The notes below the pieces were generated by a model that saw only the letters and a list, made by a program, of their open reading frames with translations, ran no database searches and was not told where the DNA came from. The translations under genes were made by a program, and so were the position numbers. DNA of 64,000 nucleotides, taken from Candidatus Saccharimonadota bacterium (lineage in GTDB: Bacteria; Patescibacteriota; Saccharimonadia; Saccharimonadales; Saccharimonadaceae). The DNA lies in NCBI GenBank assembly GCA_016789455.1, contig JAEUQU010000001.1, forward strand, positions 33,710-97,709, given 5' to 3'. Below are positions 35,241 to 40,716 of this stretch, one piece after another (position 1 is the first letter of the stretch; each line of letters starts with the position of its first letter).

Positions 35241-35534
35241 GTGCCCGCACGGCACACAAAGCGAAAGGGGCATGCGCCCATGCAAAGAACGACCGTACGT
35301 ATCTGGTGGCGCGCCATGGGGCCCGGAGAACGGGCACTCATCGGACTCGTCGCCTTCACGCTGTTGTCGATCTCCATCTCGCTGATCCTGGCCTGGATGG
35401 GACACCCCTTCGGTGCGCAGTTCACCTCGATGGGCGGGTTCCTTATCTCCTTCGTGGTGGCAGGGCTGTACCTCGAGTACAAGAGGCGACGGCGCACCGG
35501 CGGGTCCGGCGACAACACCAGTTCAGGCGGGTAG
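35241..35534 (+). CDS. possible small two-TM membrane protein
   Basis: 97-aa GC-rich ORF with segments ALIGLVAFTLLSISISLILAW and GGFLISFVVAGLYL and a basic tail RRRRTGGSG. The start is uncertain (an internal ATG lies at 35280). Other frames are open here as well. Confidence 0.3.
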   Translation: MPARHTKRKGHAPMQRTTVRIWWRAMGPGERALIGLVAFTLLSISISLILAWMGHPFGAQFTSMGGFLISFVVAGLYLEYKRRRRTGGSGDNTSSGG

Positions 35535-35535
35535 C

Positions 35536-35608
35536 CTGGCTGGGACGTGACCTAGGGTTAAGTAGGTTGGGAGGGTCCTGGCTGAAGTAGATTTTCTCCC
35601 CTAGGTCG
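35536..35608 (+). terminator. long-range hairpin plus T-run at the GC-to-AT transition (terminator and/or left island boundary)
   Basis: CGTGACCTAGGG (35536-35547) pairs with CCCTAGGTCGCG (35589-35600), including one G-U pair. GATTTTTTAA follows. Confidence 0.35.
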
Positions 35609-35638
35609 CGGATTTTTTAATATGCAATAGATGTATCG

Positions 35639-35644
35639 TATAAT
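35639..35644 (+). promoter_or_regulatory. -10 box TATAAT, 8 nt upstream of the RT ATG
   Basis: TATAAT, then AGCACGCA, then ATG at 35653. No Shine-Dalgarno, which is consistent with a leaderless transcript. Confidence 0.4.
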
Positions 35645-35652
35645 AGCACGCA

Positions 35653-36999
35653 ATGTTTGATGATATAGAGCAAGTTGTTGATAAAAAGTTTTGGCGAGTA
35701 ATTAATGATTTGAGAGTTCATGCAACTAGAAAACAAAGGAAGCCGTTTTTATTGGAGCTGGCGAAAAAGTTAAAGCATCATGAGTACTTTCCTAGCCTGC
35801 CATTGACAGTAAAAGAGGCAGACAAAGGATTTAGCGTAGCCCGCCAAATACCCATATTTAACCTCGAAGACTATAGTGTTTACTATTATTGCGTCCGCAA
35901 ACTGGAGCACGTACTCGCAAAGAACAGGATTAAAGGCACCTACGGCGGATGGTCAATGGGTGGCAAATTAAGAAACTTGGAGGATTTTGAAGATCCGGGC
36001 GATGAATACAGCCTCACATACTCTTACAATCCAGCTGCATGGAGTAAATACTATGGCGATTTTAACGCTAGGCTATACGGAAAAATTAAAGAAATTCAAG
36101 ATTCCAACAACCCACGCCAAGTCGTATTTGAGCTAGACATCGCCAATTACTATGACAATATTCAGCTTTCCATATTGGAGAACAAAATTAGACAAGATGC
36201 CGACTATTCAGAGTCAGGAATTTTAGACCTGCTCATGTATTTCCTCGGCTACAGCAATCGATTAGTAACCCATTACCAGAAAAGAAGCGTGGGAATTCCA
36301 CAAGATGCGTTTGGCGACTGCTCCCGCTTGCTGGCTAACTATTATTTACAAGACTATGACCTATTCATGAACGAACTGACCAAGCAGCATGGCGCCAGTT
36401 ACTTCCGCTACGCTGACGATCAAATTATTTTTGTTCCCAGTGATGCAGTCGGTCATTCAATCATTCAACTTGCCTCGCGAAAACTGGCTCAGATAGGGTT
36501 AAACTTTAACCAACAAAAAGTCGCAAGGCGTACTCTTGATGAGCTTTACACATATCGCTCCTTTGATATTAACGATATTTTTCAAGAACCAAACTCAAAG
36601 AAAGATGCTACAAAAGTGAATGAATTTGCATATAGAGCTTTTGAGGCGATAGATCAAGATGTCAGCTGTTTAAAGAACAGGGGTTATCCACTAATTAAAA
36701 GGCTACTTAATGCTGAGTATAATTTATTATCCCCTACATACAGAGCACGACTAATGGCATACGTTTTTGACAAAGAATTTACCAAAGCTGGAAAAGCGTA
36801 TAATTTTAGAATGGCATATGAAAAGATGTATGAAGACGAAAAGAATGGTTACCTCATTCTATTAAATGATCTTTTGGATAACTGCAGTCATTCTGCATTT
36901 CACTACGAGATATTAACCTTTTACAGACAACTAGGCCTAGATACAGAGAGGCTTGAAAATAGAATAGCTGAACTTAAAAAGGATATTTATTCTATATAA
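35653..36999 (+). CDS. stand-alone reverse transcriptase (prokaryotic RT; retron/Abi/DRT-like, class unassigned)
   Basis: 448-aa ORF. Motif A is VFELDIANYYDNI, motif B GIPQDAFGDCSRLLANYYL, motif C YFRYADDQIIFV (YADD) and motif E IGLNFNQQKV. It has an N-terminal extension of about 150 aa and a helical C-terminal region of about 130 aa with no recognisable extra domain. Confidence 0.85.
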   Translation: MFDDIEQVVDKKFWRVINDLRVHATRKQRKPFLLELAKKLKHHEYFPSLPLTVKEADKGFSVARQIPIFNLEDYSVYYYCVRKLEHVLAKNRIKGTYGGWSMGGKLRNLEDFEDPGDEYSLTYSYNPAAWSKYYGDFNARLYGKIKEIQDSNNPRQVVFELDIANYYDNIQLSILENKIRQDADYSESGILDLLMYFLGYSNRLVTHYQKRSVGIPQDAFGDCSRLLANYYLQDYDLFMNELTKQHGASYFRYADDQIIFVPSDAVGHSIIQLASRKLAQIGLNFNQQKVARRTLDELYTYRSFDINDIFQEPNSKKDATKVNEFAYRAFEAIDQDVSCLKNRGYPLIKRLLNAEYNLLSPTYRARLMAYVFDKEFTKAGKAYNFRMAYEKMYEDEKNGYLILLNDLLDNCSHSAFHYEILTFYRQLGLDTERLENRIAELKKDIYSI

Positions 37000-37061
37000 A
37001 ATATTTTTGTTATTACAGTCAAACTACAAACGGCTAAGATTATATTTTACTTTTTGCAGAG

Positions 37062-37194
37062 TGGGAGAAAGGACTCGATCTTGTTTTGCTCGCTCTACGT
37101 TCGCTTCTGTTTCACTTCAGCTCACCCGCTCGGCCAAGCATTGCATACGGAACGTCCACTGGACGTTCCGCCTATCGGTTCGAGTCTTTTCCCA
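37062..37194. repeat. imperfect inverted repeat enclosing about 100 nt with a perfect internal hairpin; both arms resemble the 3' end of tRNA-Pro(UGG)
   Basis: The left arm TGGGAGAAAGGACTCGA (37062-37078) pairs with the right arm TCGAGTCTTTTCCCA (37180-37194) as 7 bp, a bulge, then 6-7 bp. The internal hairpin is CGGAACGTCC-ACT-GGACGTTCCG (37148-37170). GAAAGGACTCGA (37067-37078) is identical to 42283-42294. GGTTCGAGTC (37177-37186) is identical to the tRNA-Pro(UGG) T-arm in sense orientation. Confidence 0.55.
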
Positions 37195-37202
37195 TGCTCA
37201 AA

Positions 37203-37244
37203 CAAGAAAATAGCTTAGACATGAATGCCTAAGCTATTTTCTTG
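37203..37244 (+). terminator. perfect 16-bp hairpin (putative terminator closing the RT transcription unit)
   Basis: CAAGAAAATAGCTTAG (37203-37218), a 10-nt loop, then CTAAGCTATTTTCTTG (37229-37244). The 3' arm itself supplies a T-rich tract, but there is no separate U-run. Confidence 0.4.
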
Positions 37245-37466
37245 GTCGCGCAAAGGCGAACAAGATTGAACCGGACTTTGCGGGTTTACTGCACTCCTTA
37301 CGCGAGGCATGGGACACAATAGCTTACCGCGAAATGACCGAGCCTATCCTAGTGACCATTGACTCTAACAGTAGTGAGTTCGTAGATAAGAACCCTCTCT
37401 ATGTATATTAGCTATCATCTACCACTGATGTATTAAACCTAATTGCAAGTAACAGGAATCGAAAAA

Positions 37467-37865
37467 ATGAAAGCAAACGATATGCAGAAACAGGCGGGGG
37501 TAAGCCCCAAAGGAACCCTCTCGCCCCTTGCACCACGCCAACAGAGATTTATGGAATACTATCTGAATGCTGACAGCCCCACATTTAGTAACTGCTACAG
37601 TTCGGCCGTGCGTGCAGGGTATTCCGAGCAGACGGCGCGTAATCTAACGCACTTACGACCAGCGTGGTTATCGGAAACTATCGGACAAAATGTAACCTTT
37701 GAGCCAGCGGATTTACTGGCGAAACTCGCACAAATTATTGATGACCGCAACGAGACTACCCATAATAAACTACGCGCAATAGATATGATGATGAAGCATT
37801 ACCATATGTTTGCCCCGACAAGCGTAACAGCCGTACAGCTGAATATTCAGAGTGTATTGGACTAA
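37467..37865 (+). CDS. phage terminase small-subunit-like HTH protein (Terminase_2/P27-type)
   Basis: PRQQRFMEYYLNADSPTFSNCYSSAVRAGYSEQTARN matches the TerS N-terminal pattern (F..EYL...N.T.AA..AGYS.KTA). The start is set at ATG 37467 with AGGAA upstream. The ORF is open from a TTG at 37443. Confidence 0.55.
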   Translation: MKANDMQKQAGVSPKGTLSPLAPRQQRFMEYYLNADSPTFSNCYSSAVRAGYSEQTARNLTHLRPAWLSETIGQNVTFEPADLLAKLAQIIDDRNETTHNKLRAIDMMMKHYHMFAPTSVTAVQLNIQSVLD

Positions 37866-38390
37866 CTAGAACGTGCGACCTTCTTGGCGGAACAGGTCTA
37901 TTACGGATGTTCGCTTTACACCCTGGTTGCTGCATACGTTAGGTATCCGAGGGTTTTTCTTGCTGATAGCTACGGTTTCACGCTCTGATGTAATTACTGT
38001 TAGCCCGCGTGCTTTTCCCAGAGCAACAACGCAAAGGTCGGCATAACTGCCGCGCTGCAAATCGTTATATATGGGGTACTCAGTTACAATAGGCCCCATG
38101 GCAGCCACCTGGTCATCGTCTAGCTCTACGAACATATACTCGTGCTGCTTAGCCCAGGCTTTAAGCGGGTCGTCTTTTTCCTTACCCTTCATTATTTCGT
38201 CGTGAACCGCCATAGGTGCAATAATCTCACCCGTCTCAATCTTCTTTTCGATAATTTCCCATTGTGTTTTAAAGACATCTTTACCATAAGGCTCATCAGG
38301 CCCTAGCTTCCAAAAATTGAAGAACACATTGGTATCAATACAATGCGTAGCTAGATTAGCCAGTAAACTAGAAGTGGCGGGGCGGGTCAT
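37866..38390 (-). CDS. DUF4411-like PIN-fold protein (putative toxin/nuclease partner of ImmA/IrrE)
   Basis: 174 aa. The pattern is CIDTNVFFNFW ... G.IIAPMAVHDEI ... ADLCVVALGKARGLTVITSE ... RIPNVC. It has a 4-nt overlap with the upstream ImmA/IrrE gene. Confidence 0.55.
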   Translation of the reverse strand: MTRPATSSLLANLATHCIDTNVFFNFWKLGPDEPYGKDVFKTQWEIIEKKIETGEIIAPMAVHDEIMKGKEKDDPLKAWAKQHEYMFVELDDDQVAAMGPIVTEYPIYNDLQRGSYADLCVVALGKARGLTVITSERETVAISKKNPRIPNVCSNQGVKRTSVIDLFRQEGRTF

Positions 38391-39535
38391 AATGCAATTC
38401 CACTACCGTTCCCCACCCGAGTTTTAAATTCTTGTAAATTTTTTACCGAAATACCCAACATACGCGACAATGTCCGTGAACCTATCCGACCATCTGCATA
38501 GGCGTCGAAAGCTTCTACTGTAAACCGCTTACTATTGTTAGCGAGTTTATTACGGTAATAATCGCCGCCTTTGCTTTTCTTCTTATGCTCTTCAGGTTTT
38601 TCATAGTCATCGCTATATTCGCCCTGGATTGTTTCGTACTGCTGCTTAGATATGTAGCCCAACGTATGCAGGCGTCGGTAAGCTGCAAGCCTGCTGACAC
38701 CGAATAACTTGCGCAAACGCTTAACTTGTTCACCTGAAGGCATACTGCCTACTAGGACGCCAAGTTCATTGGCTGCTTGACGGAACTTATTTTCAGGCAT
38801 TAGGAATGCGGCCGCGAAGCGATTACAGAGCGCTTCAACGTCGTCTGCATCATCGTGCAAATCACAGATACCACTTTGTTTATGTATAACGTGACAGAGT
38901 TCGTGCAACAGAGAGAAGAGTCGAGGCTGAGGTTCTTCTTTGGTGCTAAGTACAATAATGGCGCGGCTTTTCTTGATGATTGAAAAAGCTCGGACACTCT
39001 TTGTTTCCCAGCCCATCTCTGATATATACAGACCACGCTCAGTTAATAAGTCCTTCCAGAATCGCAGGGGGCCAAAGTCATCCGTAAGGCTTTGTAGTTT
39101 AACCTCGTTAGGCTTCAGACCTTCCCTAAATTGCTGGGCAAATAGTTCAGGGTTTCGGGATAAATCAGCAGTAGGGTTAGGTAATTCTACACCACTCCCA
39201 CTTGCTAACTCTGCGCCTGACTCGATAATATACTCTGCTGCATCCAGCGCGTTGAGCAGGTCAATATCTAAGACTTCTGTCCTGTTATGGCGGGAGCGGT
39301 TATCGTTGCCGTGCTTAGGAGCCTGTTCGGGAACCTGCAATAAAAATATAGTCCAGCGCTTCTTATAGGCTTTAGCAAGTTTTTCTAGTGTTACCATATC
39401 GATACTACTATCTTGCTGGTCATATTGCTCAAGTTCATCAACAGCAATACCCGTATCACGGCTCAGGCGCTCAATATCGAAACTTCTATTGAGTCGCAAA
39501 CTACGAAATACAGCCGCTTTTACCTTGATTTCCAT
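38387..39535 (-). CDS. Xre-type HTH fused to an ImmA/IrrE-family zinc metallopeptidase
   Basis: 382 aa. The N-terminal region is HTH-like (FRSLRLNRSFDIERLSRDTGIAVDELEQYD). The HEXXH motif is in LLHELCHVIHK, followed by FAAAFLMPE, which is typical of the COG2856/DUF955 domain. Confidence 0.75.
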   Translation of the reverse strand: MEIKVKAAVFRSLRLNRSFDIERLSRDTGIAVDELEQYDQQDSSIDMVTLEKLAKAYKKRWTIFLLQVPEQAPKHGNDNRSRHNRTEVLDIDLLNALDAAEYIIESGAELASGSGVELPNPTADLSRNPELFAQQFREGLKPNEVKLQSLTDDFGPLRFWKDLLTERGLYISEMGWETKSVRAFSIIKKSRAIIVLSTKEEPQPRLFSLLHELCHVIHKQSGICDLHDDADDVEALCNRFAAAFLMPENKFRQAANELGVLVGSMPSGEQVKRLRKLFGVSRLAAYRRLHTLGYISKQQYETIQGEYSDDYEKPEEHKKKSKGGDYYRNKLANNSKRFTVEAFDAYADGRIGSRTLSRMLGISVKNLQEFKTRVGNGSGIAL

Positions 39536-39593
39536 ACCCTAATTGTATTGCAAGCAACCGAGAGTCCCAAACAGACGCTATCTGCTATGTGTC

Positions 39594-40304
39594 CTAGTTT
39601 TGCTTTGCAGTCTGCCCATTCTCAACTTTATATCGAAGGTGGAGATATGAGCTGCTAAGAGTTTGAGCGCTTTGCAATGTTAGTGGCTTAAGCAGTTTCA
39701 AATCATCGTCCGTTGCAAGCGACTTGCCGCCAATAAGCGTTGCCGTGTCCTTGCCGCCCACGAGCAATGGAGCAACTACCAAAGAGACAAAATCAATAAG
39801 CCCGCTCCGTGCAAGTTCGGCATTTAGCTCACTGCCGGACTGGATAGTCATTTTTTCAATACCTTTTGCCTTTAATTTTGCAAATAGGTCGGCAAAATCT
39901 ATATCGTCATCGTAAGCTATTAGTTCAAGATTGGGGTCGCTCAAGCCTGCGGCAGGATGCAATTTGTTGGTCGTAACAATATATAGTTTATTTGTCCGCT
40001 TCAAAAGGTTCAGGACTCCGCGCTCGGTCAAGTGCGGCTTGCTATCGATAACCACGAAGTCTACGGGGATTTTTTCAATCTCTGTTTTGTCGTCATTCCA
40101 TCCTACCTTTGCCAATACACGCCCCGTATTAAGTGAACAGAGGTCAGTTTCTTGCTCTAAATCGTAATACTGCTGCAAACCCTCTTTTACGCCATTAACT
40201 CCTTGTAAGTCCTTATCAAAATCACGGTCATCGCTGGAACCTGTTGATATTTTGCCATCAAGGGACATAAGCATAAAAAGAGTTGTTATAGGTCTATCAT
40301 TCAT
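39594..40304 (-). CDS. RibD C-terminal-domain / dihydrofolate-reductase-like protein
   Basis: 236 aa. The pattern is TLFMLMSLDGKISTG ... SGSELNAELARSGLIDFVSLVVAPLLVGG ... LHLRYKV, typical of the RibD_C reductase fold. Confidence 0.6.
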   Translation of the reverse strand: MNDRPITTLFMLMSLDGKISTGSSDDRDFDKDLQGVNGVKEGLQQYYDLEQETDLCSLNTGRVLAKVGWNDDKTEIEKIPVDFVVIDSKPHLTERGVLNLLKRTNKLYIVTTNKLHPAAGLSDPNLELIAYDDDIDFADLFAKLKAKGIEKMTIQSGSELNAELARSGLIDFVSLVVAPLLVGGKDTATLIGGKSLATDDDLKLLKPLTLQSAQTLSSSYLHLRYKVENGQTAKQN

Positions 40305-40699
40305 AGCGGCAATTATAGCAGCTTCCGGTAAGTAAACACCGGGTTAGTGTTTATGCTTTACAATATTTCGTTGCTCTTGTATACCCCGCTTGTTACACTA
40401 TGTGCAGTAGACGCTATACGCGAAAAAAGTTTTCATCAACCGCAGTCCGCTTGAAGACAAGTGTGTAACCCGCCTCCAACGTGAGCCGGACGGGAACGGA
40501 CAGGAAGGGTCACTATGACGCTTTGGCAAACTTTTCGCGTACAAAACAAAAACCAATCATAACAGATAGAGCCAAAATGCTCATTGAGCTAGTTGTAATA
40601 CTGCAAAGGATTGACTTAAGTAGTCCGCTGGCTAAACTAAACGCAACCACGATAAGTGATAATAATGGTGGCCGCATCCTCCTATAACAGGGGTGAAAA

Positions 40700-40708
40700 T
40701 GGTATAAT
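40700..40708 (+). promoter_or_regulatory. extended -10 box TGGTATAAT, 8 nt upstream of the recombinase ATG
   Basis: TGGTATAAT, then ATACTCAG, then ATG at 40717, with no Shine-Dalgarno. Confidence 0.45.
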
Positions 40709-40716
40709 ATACTCAG

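Noticed and set aside
35653-36999. RT as part of a group II intron, DGR or CRISPR-associated RT
   Set aside because: There is no maturase (X) or En domain, and no domain V/VI-like RNA structure or intron boundary motifs flanking the ORF. I saw no template/variable repeat pair or accessory Avd-like gene, and there are no cas genes or repeats anywhere in the window.
37062-37194. Possibility that this is a genuine tRNA, intron-containing tRNA or tmRNA gene
   Set aside because: On neither strand could I build a cloverleaf. There is no D-arm and no anticodon arm, and the sequence flanking TTCGAGT does not form a T-stem. It is too short for a tmRNA and lacks the expected 5' and 3' ends. Only the acceptor/T-arm-like 3' portion is mimicked, once in each orientation.
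37007-37213. 68-aa ORF covering the structured element downstream of the RT
   Set aside because: It has a poor composition (Cys/Arg/Phe-rich), no ribosome-binding site or promoter, and coincides with extensive base-paired structure.
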